Position numbers and translations under genes: made by a program. Shown piece after piece: positions 25,411 through 40,849 of a DNA stretch of 64,000 bases. The notes under the pieces are model-generated. The model worked only from the letters and a program-made list of their open reading frames with translations. It was not told the origin of the DNA and did not search any database. Each line of letters starts with the position of its first letter. The stretch's first letter is position 1. Location of the stretch: the NCBI GenBank assembly GCA_977030845.1, contig OZ365113.1:31062001-31126000 (forward strand), in the 5' to 3' direction. This stretch comes from Fimbriosthenelais zetlandica. Its lineage: Eukaryota.

Positions 25411-27851
25411 CGACCATATATGATTTATAGATAAAAGCATGGAAGGCCATATGCAGAAAGGATGAAGGAGGGGTGACTGCCTACATGGTACATACTAAAG
25501 TCCTTACTTTTCGATGGTCCTCTTCCGACCATGCATGTACAACTGTATTTTTTATGTAATGAGGTGACATGTGTATTATTTGCTGAAATGCATCCTAAAA
25601 TTGATCCATTGATCTATACTCTGAGGTCTTAAGAGTAGAGGCACAAATATCTCCCCAAAAAAGATTTCCAAAGAAGTCACATAGGTGTTCGGAGGGGAGG
25701 TCTATGTACTGAAAATGATGTTCAAAGGAAACTCTTAAAGTTTGAAACTCTTCCAAAGATTCAGGGATTATTATAGTTTAATTTACTATTTCATTGTCTC
25801 CGATGACCTCAGGACCTCATCTGTAATATACTGTTTGGATGTTCATGAACAACATATCACACTGAGATTTGGAAATGCCAGCAGAAATAAATCTACCTCG
25901 ATCTTCAACCAAATCCTGCTCAGAAAGTGACATAAATTCAGATGCAGCTGCGCATGTAGATCACCAAGCCCCGCACTGAACAAATAAAGCAATCTACCGG
26001 GCGGTCTTATGACCATATGAGTGACTTATTCTCTGGCCAACGTCCTTTGCATGTCTTGCTGCCACTCAAACCAGACGAAGAAGGTCATGATCACTAACTA
26101 AATCAATAACCAAATCACTCACTCTCATATTTTATCCCAGCAGCGGAGTGGCGAGACAAAGCAGCTTGATCATCCAATATCCTCTAAGTGCTTCCCCCCA
26201 CCCACAAGTACCAGCAAATTCCCAAAGCCAAACATAACATTGAGACCCTTGTTCTTATCCGGAGGCAAACCTTTAATTAGGTCATGCATTCCTGCAGGAC
26301 TTCGGGAGACAAACTTGGTAATAGTCCCAGGTTATTTTTTTCATCACTCAGTCCACCATACTTCTTAACATGGAATCCATCGGGTATTGCCCCTGCCTAA
26401 TGCAGGTCCGTTCCAATTTTGATATTAGATAAAACCATACATACACATAATGGGCCGGTGTGGGTTGGAATGATTAATTCTTTTTGTTGAGGGTGTATTC
26501 ATGCTGTCCACCTCAGGGTCGTGGCTCAGCAGGGTCGTGAACCCTCTCTGATCTTAATGGCATTGCTATGTCAGAAACCCCCAGAAGGTGGGGCTACTGA
26601 GGCAGCCTGCTCCACGAGTGGGTGAAGCGGAGCTAAAAAGGGTCGCTCAGCGATATTTCAGCATGTGCGCCTTTGTGTGATTGATAATGGATGGCCGTTG
26701 GTATTTTGGTAATTTGGATGGACTTTATTTAATTCAGTGTGGCATTCACAGCTCCCCATTTCACCCTTGGCACCATGTTGAGGTGAAAGTGTAGAGGGAC
26801 TCGGCGTTCCAATTTAGACATGTAGCAAAGTTTATTGCAGCGGTTACTATATATTTTTTGTTAATTATATCCAAGCGTCTTGGATATTTTCATATTATGG
26901 AAGAAATCTAATTGTGGAATATCTACATACTTCTATAATACAGCTGGATATATTCAGGTGGCTTCCTTTTCAGTGGCTGCATGGAACTGAGGGTAAATTC
27001 ATATTTCTTGCATGCCAAGCAACCCGATGGTGTCAGATTTTCACTTAAGCGCGAGAAGCCACCCCATACCTCTGTACAGATTACCAACAATACATTAATA
27101 TTCAGATATATTCGGAATTCTAAACCCCGCCCAAAGCCCCTACACAATTGCAAGCCCAAATCCTGGCCTATAGCCACACTTCAAGATCTTAAAGTGCTCC
27201 CCGTGTCCCTGATCCCCATTACCCAACGTCCACAGGAGAAGGCAATGATAATCAGAGCAGCTCGCTACCGTCCCCCCACGTGCTCGGGCATGATGAGCAT
27301 TTTGTGCGAGCGGTGAGGAATTAGTTATTTCTGATCGTGTGATGGAGTGACCACTCCTCCGGCTTGATCCCCCGTGTCCCGGGTCTGCGTTCCATGATTA
27401 TTTCTCCATTAAACAATCTGTATGTCACTTGTCCAGCGAGCAATGGGATCAGAGTTCACATGAAGGGACCGAGACACTTGGGAAGGCAGTCAGGATCCAA
27501 GGCCCGGGCAGGCAAATAATATGCGAATGGCTCTGATATGTGGAGAATAGTGGAATTGGCCCCAGTCCTTATGCTCCCCAAAATGATGAATAGATTGGTT
27601 CCATGATTTGGGAGATTTCGGATCCACGACGGGGATTGACTGAACTCCATGGATGAAATATGGGTATGGAACGTCAGTGCAATAATAGAGAAAGATTATG
27701 AAAATAACAATAAGGGAATTCTAATTTCATGGCAGATATAACCCTAAGCATTGCTTATAAATACAACGGGGAGGTAATTTCCAATTTGCCATTGCCCTTC
27801 TGAACCCTCAAAAGATAAGCCACTTGAACGTTTCTATTGTCCATGAAAATC

Positions 27852-28028
27852 GTTTTTAGAGTGAAGGAATTCATGTAGTATGAATATTTTGGCTAGTTTT
27901 TAGAGTGAAGGAACGCAGCCTGGGAATTTTGGGTAATTCTCAGAGTGAAGGATTGCAGTATGAGCATTTCGACTAGTTTTTAGAGTGAAGAAATGCAGTA
28001 TGAGTATTTGTGACTAGTTTTTAGAGTG
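27852..28028. repeat. Minisatellite, about 4.3 copies of a 40-44 bp unit
   Basis: Units start at 27852, 27896, 27936, 27976 and 28017. Consensus is approximately GTTTTTAGAGTGAAGGAATGCAGTATGAGTATTTNGACTA, and the whole unit is repeated. Confidence 0.92.
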
Positions 28029-29217
28029 TGGTTTATATTGAGGCCAGCATTATTCCAGACTGTGATCTTCCATCACTCCTCTGACCCTGCTAGCCCTCCC
28101 CCTCCCCCTCTCAAGGGCCAGCATGATTGACAGTATCACTGGCCATGTCTTAATTGAGTTATTTCTGCTGCTGATGTTTCCATTCTCGTGCTGACCTTCT
28201 ACAGCAACGCGAGTTTTAACAGCGGAGAGTGCTATGAATAAGTATATGTGATGTTTAATTTAAATAACTGTTCGTTTCTGGATTATTTTGATTCAAATCC
28301 AGAAACGCATCCAAAGGAAATGCTTTCTATGGTAGAAAAAAATCGAGAGAATATGGTGACGTAGACACAAGGAATAATTATTAGACCTTGACCTACATGT
28401 TAATTAATGGGTCCAGTGGCTTGCCCTGTGACACAAATAACCTGTTTCGAAATATAAATGGACTAAAACAATGAAGGAGGTCATCAGATATAACAAGGTG
28501 AGGACCCTCAAATCCTGAGTCATCATACATGTAGGATAGATTTATCAATGCTGACCCAAACATTGATGGAAGCCAGGAATGAGAGGAGAGAGAGAGAATG
28601 GCAAGAGGATGCTGATGATCCCTGGGTCCGTTCTGCTCCAGTAACCATGACCTTTCCTTCTCCGGGATCGTCCATTCATCCATTATAATCAGGAGCATGG
28701 CATCATCATCCACCTCGCGGACAATCATTACCATGACAACTGTCCAACATCCCTGATCCAAATTATCAGCTCATAATATTTTCTCTCTTCCTAGATATTC
28801 CTAACCAAGCAAAAATTGATAAGGGCATGGAAGCAGAGGAACAAATAGGAAATGGCTCTTAATGGCATTCCTTTGACACCAAATAACTTTCTTCTCTCTG
28901 CGCCTCTGCATATGGACATTTCCCAGCACAGAACTAACCTGTGTGACCCATTCTAAAACACGAATCAAGGTTCCTCAAAGAAAGGATTATTTGCCTGAAG
29001 TTTGGGAATAAAAAGCCACAGAACCAGATGACCGACTGATTCACAGCTTGGAAGGGGTTGAGTCCATGCAGGGTTAGCCTCTGGGCACACAGGCAGTTAC
29101 TTAACGATTAAACAGTTAAAAGGTAACCAAAATTATTTCATTCCAACAATATTCAAACGAGAAATGAATTTATTCTCAGCTTACCCCATGGTTTTAGTTC
29201 CTAGATTTCATTTCCAA

Positions 29218-29247
29218 TTCCTCACCGTTTCCTCACCGTTTCCTCAC
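29218..29247. repeat. Short tandem repeat, 11-bp unit TTCCTCACCGT x about 2.7
   Basis: TTCCTCACCGT TTCCTCACCGT TTCCTCAC read directly. Confidence 0.85.
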
Positions 29248-29959
29248 TAGAGGGGGTTCGGGAGGCAGCAAGGGTCCATCACATCGAAGCCATATACACT
29301 CTCCTTAGAATCTATAGAATATACAATACATGTAACAGATTGTAAAGGATTTTAGTAGTACTCCCTCAAAAAGACTTAATCTGTATAATATGCTTACATT
29401 CATTGTATTATTGCTTGATGATTGCAATCCCACATTCATAACACAAGGAGGGATATCTACTGGGAGCAAGAACCGTAGCACTGTTGTAGAATGAAAGATG
29501 CTAGATTTATAAGTGTAATCAGCTATGTTGGTTCCTTGCTATCCTTTCAGATCGATAAGCTTGTGTCCTCTGAGGTTTATCTCAGATATTGGATCCAAAT
29601 ATCATCACTCTAAAGCATGTCACACTATATCGATTCAAATGACAGTTTGTCAGAAGAGGGGAGCTTGCTGGTAGTATAGTAGTGTAGTAGTTTTACAGGC
29701 TTTTACCGGAATAGAACGTGTCGTTGGTTATAACAGTAGACATTAAATATTGTCATGGGATAAAGTGTATATGTTAAATAATGAATAAAATTAATCTAGA
29801 GGGAAATATTCATTCTGTCCCCAATCTATTGCATATAAATTAATTTCATCTTTTTCTTGGAATGGGGTAATGCCATTACCGCATATATATGCCACCAGGG
29901 TCAAACATGCCCCACATTCTATCTGATAAACAAATGAAAAAATAATTAAAAGAAATGAT

Positions 29960-30720
29960 TTCTCATTTGCTGAGATGGGCAGGCGCCGTGAAAGACACCG
30001 GAAGGCTAATTGGCGCATGCCTGCTTCATGGTTGGCTAAGGTGGCGGCATCCCATTTCTTCCCCAGCACTTCCTATATGACTTATTGCATTTAAATCAAC
30101 CTCATTTGCCGCCCGATTATGAAGTCTTGCAACTCATCTAACGCAAGATGAAAAGGTAGAGCGCGGACTATCAGTCGAAATCTGTCAAACGTCATGTGTG
30201 TATTGCATGCATTAAGGGAACCGCCTCGGCCGAAATGATGAATCACAAACTAATGACTACTTTTTTCTTTAAGCGTATTAAGTTCTGGTCGGTTTGCATA
30301 AAGCAGTTGGCATTTTAATCACGAGATATTTGAAAATCAGAGCGCTCCTAAAACTCCTGGGATTAAAACGGCCCTGATGCATGATTAGCGACTGAATGGT
30401 GAAATTAACACGCGCGATCCGCAATTTGTCGCCGCTACGATGCTTGACAGATAAAGGGATGTGTTTTTTGAAGGAGCTTTGAACCTTCTTTCCAAGCTGC
30501 TGTCATTCTATTAAGTTGTCAATGATAAATGTATAAGATTTCCAATTCCAGCGCCGCCCCATTTGAAATTAAAATCACCTGATCGAGCCGAAGCGCTCAT
30601 CGACGGTTGATGGCGTAATTTGTGCTGTGAGACCTTAACCGTATGCAAATGAGCGATTGTTTTTTAGCGTTGTAAGCGGCCTGGCGGATGGGCCTCAAAA
30701 TGGCGCAGCACTCTGGTGTG
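29960..30720. promoter_or_regulatory. Long CpG-rich non-coding block, enhancer/CNE-like
   Basis: CpG not depleted over about 750 bp, no ORF, and interspersed TAAT/ATTA, TGACAG and YY1-like AAAATGGCG words. Confidence 0.3.
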
Positions 30721-33700
30721 GGGGAATAGGCATGATGGAGGGGAAGTCTCTACTCGTAGAAGGATGTGTCATGATGACAAAGTTGTGACATAATGTGTGC
30801 AATTATTGTACTTTGTTCCAAGTTGGTTGATCGATTAGTCGCGGGCAAGAACGGTTAATGGACCTGCGCAAACTAACTTGAAACATCTAGCACTTGCCTT
30901 TCAACCACAAAGCAACAACCATGAATGGCTCAGGCCTATAATATAATGTAATATTTAATAATATGATTAAGTCTACGATTAATTGCTCCATGTAAATTTA
31001 CATGTAATAAATATACAATAATATTATCACAGCTCCAACTGTCACTTCTTTTTGATATATATCTTTGTTTCTTTTCAGGGAACGTCCATAGAGTGAGAGC
31101 AATTATTAGATGTTAGATATATTTGGAATTTGCACTCTCCTTGATTTTTTAGGCATAGTCTATATGGGCAACAAATACGTCTTCATGTTCGGCCTTATTT
31201 CTCTCCTGGCACACTGCATGCTATTATAGTCTTTTAATGCATTTTACCAAAGTTTATTCGGCACCTGACCCCACTGAGCCAGTACTGGAGGCGAGGGGAC
31301 ATTAGCTAAATAACTTAATGTAGGCAAGTCCCTGAAGCCTATAGATCTTTACAAGAAAATGACCCTGGAACTAACCAAGCTCTTAGTCTAATGGACTGCC
31401 AAATGTTTGTACACAACGTGCTCCCCACACTAATTAGGATATGCTTAGGATAAATAAATTAATGCTTGATCTTCACAGGTGTCATCCGGCTGGAGTACCT
31501 CCACCCTCCTGTGAGCCACTCTAAAGTTTGAGGGACTCAAACTGTTAGAGAACTAATCTGGTTAAGGGGAGGGGCTCTATGAGCGAGTAGCTCATAATGC
31601 TTATGAAAATAGCGAGGAAAATGATGTGAAGGTGGTGGCTCTATTAGGGGGCCAATAACCAAGGTGTGTGTATATTCCCCACCTAACGAGTTCACATACT
31701 GTTTAGCTACGCCCTGATATTGAAATGTGTTCAATAACATTGTTTCTATATAATATATAAAGGAAGTACCTTTCATATTAGTAGAGTTAGGCCTAGTTCT
31801 CTCATTTGGAGTATAGGTGCTACAAAGACTGAAGGATTCAGAGCGGAGTCTGAAACAAGACTTCTTAAATGAGGAAGGCAGGTGTCAAATCCTTTTCATA
31901 CAGGATTTCAAAATTAGAGCAGCCGGGAAGACCTCGCCAGAAGGTGTTAGGTTGTCATGCCGAATGTATGAAAAGAATATCAAGTGTCCTTTTCCTCCCT
32001 GTTAACCATCAAAAAATAAACTTAAGATATCGATGAGGCTTAGAAGGAAACTTCCTTGCAACTTCCTTGACAAAGGACTGCATTAAATAATATCATATAT
32101 TTATAAAAAGTCATCAATGACAATGGATGCAGAGGGGTTCCTACTAAATATGCATAGAATATAACAAAAGACATTAGTCAATGCAAAGCATCGGAGATGA
32201 AGAACAATATTTACCGATGTGATCTATAGGAATTATTCACACAAGTTCCATGTAACCAACTCGACTGAAATCATTAGAAATCCCTCATCCATTCAATCCT
32301 TCCATTTTATATGCAAATCGTGCTAATATTCATAATTAACTTCACGAGGGAAGGATTTGTTTGAATGTGGAAGCATCATTAGCATCTGCCAACTGACAAG
32401 AAAGTGCCCCACGCACTCTTTAACATGCAAATCACATTAATTCCCTTCCATCGAAAGTTTAAAAAAATATCAAAGTCATTATTTTCGCCGTCTGAGAATG
32501 AGAGATTACAAATGAGAGAGAGAAAACGAGCGCGCAATAAGAAGACATGTCAGAGCTTCTCAAAGAGTTAGAAAGCAAAGAGCTGAAAGGCGGCCTGGTA
32601 ATAGCGCCGTAATTATACTTTTTGCCAGCCATCTTGAATTTCGATATTAAATGCGTTCATGCTGGCTTGATTAGCTTGAAAGTGATTTATCCCCGATCAA
32701 ATATCTTGATCGCGGCCTGCTGTTAAGGCTTGACTTTTTTTTGCTGGCGATTAAAACTCGGTTGAGGTAATTACAGCAATTAGGGCGATAATAGGGGACA
32801 GCTCCTTACCTTTCCACACTCTTTTACATGCCTCTTATGCTTGGTGCAATAAGGATCGTTGTGACATGTTGTATTGAGTAATATTTTGAATCTCTTATCA
32901 CATATTGGTAAGCATTAATGCAACTCTGATAATACATTATTTCATGGCAGGACCTCCTTGACATATGGGAGGCAATTTACTGCCTGGAAGACGTGGAAAG
33001 AAGCCTATACCATGTATGCGGTTTACTTCTTTGCTCATATGAAACTTGGACCCATTAAATAGAAGATTACTATTCATTCTGTTTACAACTTTCTTGCTCA
33101 TATAAGACTTCTTACCCATTCCCCTTTGAATTTAGCTTCAAAGAGGTTACAAAGCCAGCAAAATGCATGTTATTCCATCTTGAAATTGACACACACTTAC
33201 AGTCAATGCGTACATGGACAAAAACAGAAAACAAACAAGGAACTTTGTTATAGGTGCATTTTTAAAGGGTCACCTTCCACTTCATTATAGTCAGTGAAGG
33301 AATCATATCACTCGAGGAGAATGAGCAGAGTTTGGCAAAGGCTGACATTTGAGCAGCTCACTTTATGGCTTGCCTTTATGGGAAATTCTAGACTTCTTCC
33401 CGAGAAGAAGCTCCTGAAATAGGTCAGGTCAACCAGGAAATTGTTTTTTAAAAACCCAACCCCTTGTTTGTTTCCTTAGAAACCCATTTCCAACAAATAA
33501 TGCCGATAATTTGTCAATGCATAATTATTCCCTCGTTTCAATTTTTGCTTCGCAATGTTTTCAGTTTAGTACTGTACAAGATTTTTCGGCTTTATAATTG
33601 TATAAATTTATGACATGATCAATCCACATACCAACATAAATATGCCACTTGCCAATTAATTCATATCATTGATTCATATCATTTCAGAAACAGATTTGGC

Positions 33701-36700
33701 TATTTGAAACAATAACGTGTATATTTTCAACGGTTATGTCATCATGCATGGGACTTGGATGACAAAGCCAGATTTATAGCTTAATGATATATAATCACAG
33801 AGAGCTGCTCATGACTGCACTTCGATATACCATGCTATCCTCATTATTAAATATATGTCATCCATGCACTATGCTTCAGCCCCAATTAATGAATAAACAC
33901 ACAATAGCTTATACTTTTCCAATGTGACCCATAATTTTATACTGATAATGTTGGCCCCAGAACTTGTGCTGGCCCAGTTCCCATTTTCACTCTCATTAGC
34001 CCCAAGAGTGTACTTAACTAATGATTGGTAATTGGGTTTATAATAAGTAAAGCTATGGACTTGGCATGCTGGTACTTGCAACGGTGACACTCGTGTTGGT
34101 AGGGATTAAGAGGAGAAAAAATTATCATATGGGGTAAGTGAGCCATTGTTTTATTCCCTGGATCATGTAATAGACGAGTTAATGAGTGATAATGTGAGGT
34201 GCAATTAGGAGCAAAGTTATAATGGTAGGGGTTGATGATTATGATGGTCATGACGATGATGGTATATATGGAGCCAGAGGGCTCTATACTGCATACTGTA
34301 TCCATATAGTTTTATGTATAGATGCACTCACTGATGAAAGCATCAAGGCAACTCCTGGATGGACAGGTTTATGTTAAAAACATGGAATGAACCATCAGTT
34401 CTAGTCATTTAGATTTAAATTGAGGTGGTGAATGAAATTAATTTGAATTGTTTTTGCCTAATGGAGATGCCCTTAATAGGAAGAGAGAGGAAGAGCTTCG
34501 TCTCCATTGTCAGGCAAGTTTTTATGATACAATTTAGAAAATGGAGGTGGGGGAACAAAAATGGTCAATCATTGTTAGGAGGAGAATTAGCTATTGCTTA
34601 TTCAATTTCCAGAGAGATGATTAATCAAAAGCTATTTAAGAAAACCTCCTTCGTCTTATGTTTTCTAAAGTGCAGGGCAAAATGTATCCCTTTCTCCATG
34701 GGAATAGATGCCATTAATAAGGGACTTAATTTCTACTTGCCCATGGGCCCCACAATAATGAGAGGTCTATTAATATTGAAGCATCGGCAACTGTTCAAGC
34801 TTTTAAATGTAGGACAAATTGGCTATTCTCATAACTCTAGAAAATAGCACCAGCCCCTTAAATGAGATTATTAGGATATTGGCCTTGCAATTTGCTACAA
34901 GACATTTGCATGTAGGCTTGGAATTGTGTCTCTGCCATTATTTAAGATGCCAATTATCTTCTCAGAGCAGCTACATTTTGCAGCAATGTACAGTGCCATA
35001 TTATCCACAATTCTTGCCTCTCATAATTGGAAGCACTCATAAACCGAGAGTGAAAATTCCAATTATACATATATATGGCCTGCTATTGTCGTTCCTCCCT
35101 TGTATAATTCAGTCGATGGAGTTTTTAATGAAGCCATGGTGCCAGTTTGGCTCATAACAGATGAAAAAATCGCATCATTTCTTGGAAGAAGACTCAATAG
35201 GTGAATGCATATGTAAGCGTATGTAGGCCTAATAGTTCCCTTCACCCTAAAATAAATTCCAGTCCCAATTTCAAGCAAATGGAAGCCACTGTGAAATAAA
35301 AGACTGGCTTCCCTATGAATTCAGACATGAGGATCCATCTTCATGAGTGTGGAAAAAAATAATAGCAATTTACATTGGACCATCCTATACTCACAGCATG
35401 TGTCATTAAATAAGCTTGAGTGTTTGGGCTGTTGACGACAAATTTGAGCACCTCTGCTAGTTTGATATATGTTGAACACAGCAAGGACTCAGTTATATGA
35501 GAAGCTCTTGCTCGCGTGCCAATGTCACTGATGGATCTAATGAGTGCTTGCATTACGGATCTTAGCACGCGGGCCGAGGGTGGGAATTATTGATGAAGAA
35601 TTCGACACCCTGGGGCCTGGGGTGCAGGGGGCTGGCCGCCATGCTGACCTAAATATGGCAGGATCACCTTGGCAACCTCTCTGTAGGTCACTTCCCATTT
35701 AGAGCCGGGCCCTCAGGCTGCATCCGAGGGGGCCCCTTCACTTGTATAAATGAATATGATAAATGACCGGGCCATATCCATCGGCCCTGATAAAAAGAAT
35801 ACTCTAAGTGCTGAATTGCATAATTTAGCGCAGAAAGGGAGGGCCAGGCCCAATGGGAATTTCCTGGCCAGCAGAAATGTCATGGAAGGCCGGGGAGCCT
35901 GGCCACGACATGAAAGGCATCGGATGAGGCCCGGCAAGATCAAGCCAGGGCTTAGTTAGCAGCGATGATCCCACTTCCATCCCTCCTAATAAAACACACA
36001 CAACTGGACAAATTTGTTCCATTCTCCTACGTGTTTGCTGCTTAAATATACATATATATTTCTGGCATGCTTGTGCCCCCAAGCCTCCAACCTTTCGGCC
36101 GGAGGACTTCATATGCAGCGGGGCGGCTGTATGGATCCGTAATCAGGCGGTTTGAGGTCCACTGGGTTTAATCCAGGCTAAGATGACCCTGACCGACCCA
36201 GAGCAATGCATCAGAGGCAGGGCCATTAAGTAACTGTCATATGGCAAAGTAAGAAATATGCCACCTCTGCATTTTGTATAATATCTAGCACGTGGAATTA
36301 ATGCAGGCTCAGGCGGTAGGGACAGGGAGGTATAAAACTGTATGCCGGTTCTGATTGCAGCCAGTGACAGGAAAAATATTGTCTGTCTGGAGCTTTTTTA
36401 AAAGGGATCTTATAGCAGTTCATCATGAGAAGAACTGTCATTTCTAGATGGAGGAGCCATTATTTATATAATGTGGCTTCGCTGAAGGATTTCTTTTCTA
36501 TATGCCTTTGACTTACTCCCAGCTACAATTTGCACAATGTTATTGGCCCTACATATTAATGAGTGGTATCGCTGTACACCATGAAAAGTTTATGTTGTTT
36601 GCAGTTACTTTCATTTGGTCCTTTCAACGAGACTTTTTCCAGACGAGTTTATAACTCCATACATGTGAGCAAAAAGTACATACCTGACCAACTTTAACTT

Positions 36701-39700
36701 GGCAAAAAACGGCAAATTTACAAGCAATCTTTACTGATAACCTTTATTATATGGCAAATATGTCATTTATTTCCCCCTGCATTTTTTTTTCTTGGATCAT
36801 TTTATCATTAGTAAAAGTATGCCGTACTTTCTTTTGACATAAGCTGTCATAGTCTATTAAAACAAAGCATACGTGTGTGCAATCTGAGCTGTGAAAGGCT
36901 GCCATATATATTCACTCTTCAACAGAGCGCTTCCACTTACACAACAATCAAACATCATTAAATGCATTTCGACACATACTTTTAAGCTGAGTCTTGTGAA
37001 TCAACAGGCAGTAAAGTTGTTTAATGAGTGAGGCACTTTTTACATTACCACAGACACTTTTTACTGCAATAAAAAAGCTTGCATAAATTGATCGTCAACA
37101 GTGAAGCAATTAACAAAGGTGAACCACATTTCACACCTTTTGTTATGCCCTGAGGGGGGAAGTCAATGGAATTTTTTTTCAAATTGATTCAGTGTTGACA
37201 GATGCCGTTAATGTTCTGTTTTTACATAGCTCCCATTACAGCCTCAGATCCTTGATGGATAACTAAGGCGATGCCTACAGAAAGCCACTGTTCAATAGCA
37301 CTCCAAATGTTAACAGAATAATGACGCGAGGAAAACAATCAATGCAAAAGGCACTTTTTAAAAATCCATTCTCTAGCGGCGATGGAACTTTGAAAAACCC
37401 CTCATAGCTATTGACGATCAAAGGCACTCCGGGCAAAGAGAGAGGCATTGCTGAGAGGTAATGAGAAGGGCGTATCTATGGCATTAACACATTGTATGGA
37501 GCGACAATGGTGGCAGCATATAGAACAAATGTGCCTTATTTTACATTGCATTGCTGCCCCTCCTAAAAGAGATTAAAGACTTAATGCACCAGCATATCAA
37601 TACAGTGCTACTCATTATCCCCTACACATATTCATATCGGTGTGACTTAAGGCCATTAAGGTCAATGCTTCCAGCGCTTTTTTGTGAGTTTGAAGTGAAT
37701 AATGTATAGATGCTTTGATAATACTGCGTCGCCTCTTTTATCCTACATCATTTATGAGCTGATTCATCGTGTGAGCTGAATCCCTACTTGTAGAATATAA
37801 AAAGTATAACTCAGCTTTAAGTATGCTTGACACTTGTAAAAGCACACCTTTTGTTTCAGAAAAAAAATCAATCATATCTTTAAACATGGTGCAACTGTCT
37901 TTAGAAGTGTTTGTTATTAGGTATATGTGACTGAAATTTGGTGCAATTTGCAGTAAGTTCACTAACAAAGCTCAAGGTCAAACTAACCTAATCGGAAGAA
38001 ATGGAAGGATGCAGTGATGTTCTTCCCATGTAGAATGGATAAATTATTTCAAAAGATACATGGAGCACTAAGCAGCTTTGGCTAATTTGTAACCATTGAG
38101 TCACACTGTTTAAAAAAGAGAGAATTAACATAGAAAAGCATCTGTAATTCTGTGTCATTCTGCCGATTCAGAGCCGAGCCCCCAAGATCAGTTTGTTAGC
38201 GCCCATTGTCTCGTATGTGGAAGGCAAGAAACTGAGTTAATCATGCTTTCAGAGGATCATTGTCACCTCCTTAAGACGACTAATTAATCACTTTGTCACC
38301 AGCAGTCTGCTTCCCCCTGTAACCAGCCATTACGTGAAGCGGCGCCCGATGAAGGCCAGTGCCAAGTGATTAGTCGAATTACACCTCGAATTATCGCCTG
38401 AATTAGCGAATAAAAAGCAGGACTGGCTGGTACTGCCAAGGCAGAGAGCTGTTCGCTGGGCGAGTGGATGAGCTATTGTTGTCAGCGAATCATCATCTCA
38501 AGTGGAGACTGTTTAGAAACAGGAGAGGAGTTTCTGATGGCGGTCTCCTTATCTCCCCCAGTACATCTGGATTATCAGCCCACCCACCCCCCACCCTCCA
38601 GCTCTTGCCCATCATTAGCTTTGCTGGAATTAACTCACATTCAGATGTGTTTGAGAAGCATGCAGCAATTGCGACTTCGGCTCTGTAAGGCAGCGTACTA
38701 CATAATGTACAGATGCGGCAGTTAATTCCAGTCCGAGGTGTTAATTCATGTTGGTGCTGAGATCCAATGTCATCAAGCGATGCATTGTCAATCTTTTAGA
38801 TCTTTAAGAAAAGACTTTTCCCATAAAGCATGAAGCACGTTCAGGGGAAAAAATCCTCAGAAAATCCAGCTTGACACCATAAAGCTTGTGTTTTGATTTA
38901 CTCCCAGCAGGATTATCTAGTTTTTGTGCCAGCTTGTTTACAGACACGTGGCAGAGACAGCTTCTTTTATTCCCAAATGGGATTATTACCATTATTGTCT
39001 CTGAGCATCACCCAAACCTGTCTGCCTCACACCCTCTCATTGAGCAGATGCCTGCGGTAGGTGTTAGGAGGGCAGAAACTGCTCATTAGTCCACTGACAG
39101 AATCTTGTCATTACAATGTCACTCTGTCAGCGAAGCAGCTGCGCCAACCCCCGTCTTATTACACTTATTAATGACAAGGGACAGTGCATACTGCTCCTGG
39201 ATTCACTGAGAAGCTCATACGTAACATACCACAGAAGCGAGCAGGTCAGAGAGCAGAGGGGGTGGTGAAGAAACTAACGACAAGCAGTTGGTCATTAACG
39301 CTCCCAAGAGGGAGTTATCTTAGTGGGGAAACTGTGTCTTGGCTCGCCAGTGGTGCCAACATTGGTGTCCTCCCCACACGAAGAGTACATCACCAATAAT
39401 TGGTGTTTGGGCAGAGGACATGTCAAGCTAGCTGGTACAGGCTTAATTGACACTGGTGTTTGGTACAGTAATTGAGGTAAGAGTATATGTAGGTGGGGAG
39501 CTGATGAGGTCTGGAGAAGACCAACAGAAGGAGGGTGGTGTGGGCAGAGAGGATTTAATACTCTAAGTCACACATGACTTAATCTCATATAAAATGGTTA
39601 GTGGCTATGTTGGCTGAAATCTAGATCACCAAGATGGAACATTCTGTGAATACAATCATATATCATAGACCTGCAGATTAAGTTAGATAAAGTAGCATAT

Positions 39701-40849
39701 TGCTTGATTTCTTCCATCATGTTATGCTTTATATTATGATTTAGAAAGATACAACTGTTAGTATTATAGGGACCATTTCTAGCGAGTTATGGACTAGTAG
39801 GTCTATCCCCTTAATGTACAACAACCCATCATCCGAACACTAGCTAAAAGGACAGGATGAACCCACCTTTTAAAAGTCTTAAGATTCTCAATGTAAATTG
39901 ATATTGAGGAGGTATAAATGAAGATGTATAATGTGTGATAAATACAGAATGAATATGGAAGACCCTAATTGCTAGATTCATGCCCTTCTGACCCTTAATT
40001 ACGTCTGGGACAACCTGGGCGATAGGATCTCCAAACAGGCATTACAAATACATTTTGCTAATTTATTTGAAAACTCTTTGATTCCAGTAAAAAAGTGAAT
40101 GTGAACTGAAATAAACAATAGTTTTAACGGCAGTCTCTAACAACAGTCTCAAATATCCGGTAGATCCCATGTAAGGTCTATATATTGTACTTAAAAATAT
40201 CCACTTCCATGTACTACTTACAAATACTGCCGATTTCAATGCAGCAATTTTCATATACTGTTTACAATTCCCAAATAACCATATCTGATTTCAACCAAGC
40301 CTTAAGTGAAGCAGGAATACCAGTTTAGGTTCCATACTCATAGCCTTCGACTGAGTGATATATAACAGAAGCACTTTCACTTTCAGTGGTGGTCTCAGTT
40401 TGTTTTTAGTTATCGGCCAACTAACTTAAAAGTGCAACTTCCAACCAAACAGCTCTTGTGTTTTGTTTGCCAAAAGTACGTAGGCCAACTGATTTATGGC
40501 ACATCGTGTTTGAGAATAAGTGTCCCTCTTTTTAAGTAGTGGTGGAGTAGGCTTATTTATTCTGATGTGCGTCTGCCATCTTAGGTGTCAGTACATTAAT
40601 TCCCAAGACCGCCCAACTGTAAAGCTCACATGAAGGCCTCAGTTATTTCAGCTAAAAATCTTTCAGCATTCCTCAAGGCCCCTTGCATTGACTTCTTACA
40701 GAGTCCCCGACTCCATAAGGCTTGCAGAAAAAAGAGAAGAAGTCATTAGCTCATACTGCCAATGTTCATACTTGGTTCACACGCTGACATTAAGTATGGC
40801 AGATGATTAGTATAAATGGAGTCATTTAGGAGCCCAAGTCCCCCTAACA

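Noticed and set aside
27852-28028. CRISPR-like appearance (GTTTTTAGAG start resembles type II-A repeats)
   Set aside because: The whole 40-bp unit is repeated with no unique spacers, there are no cas genes, and the context is eukaryotic. It is a minisatellite.
30817-30831. Minus-strand INQLG resembling the Pax paired-box start
   Set aside because: In-frame stop two codons upstream, and the following residues (TKYNNC) do not match GVFVNGRP.
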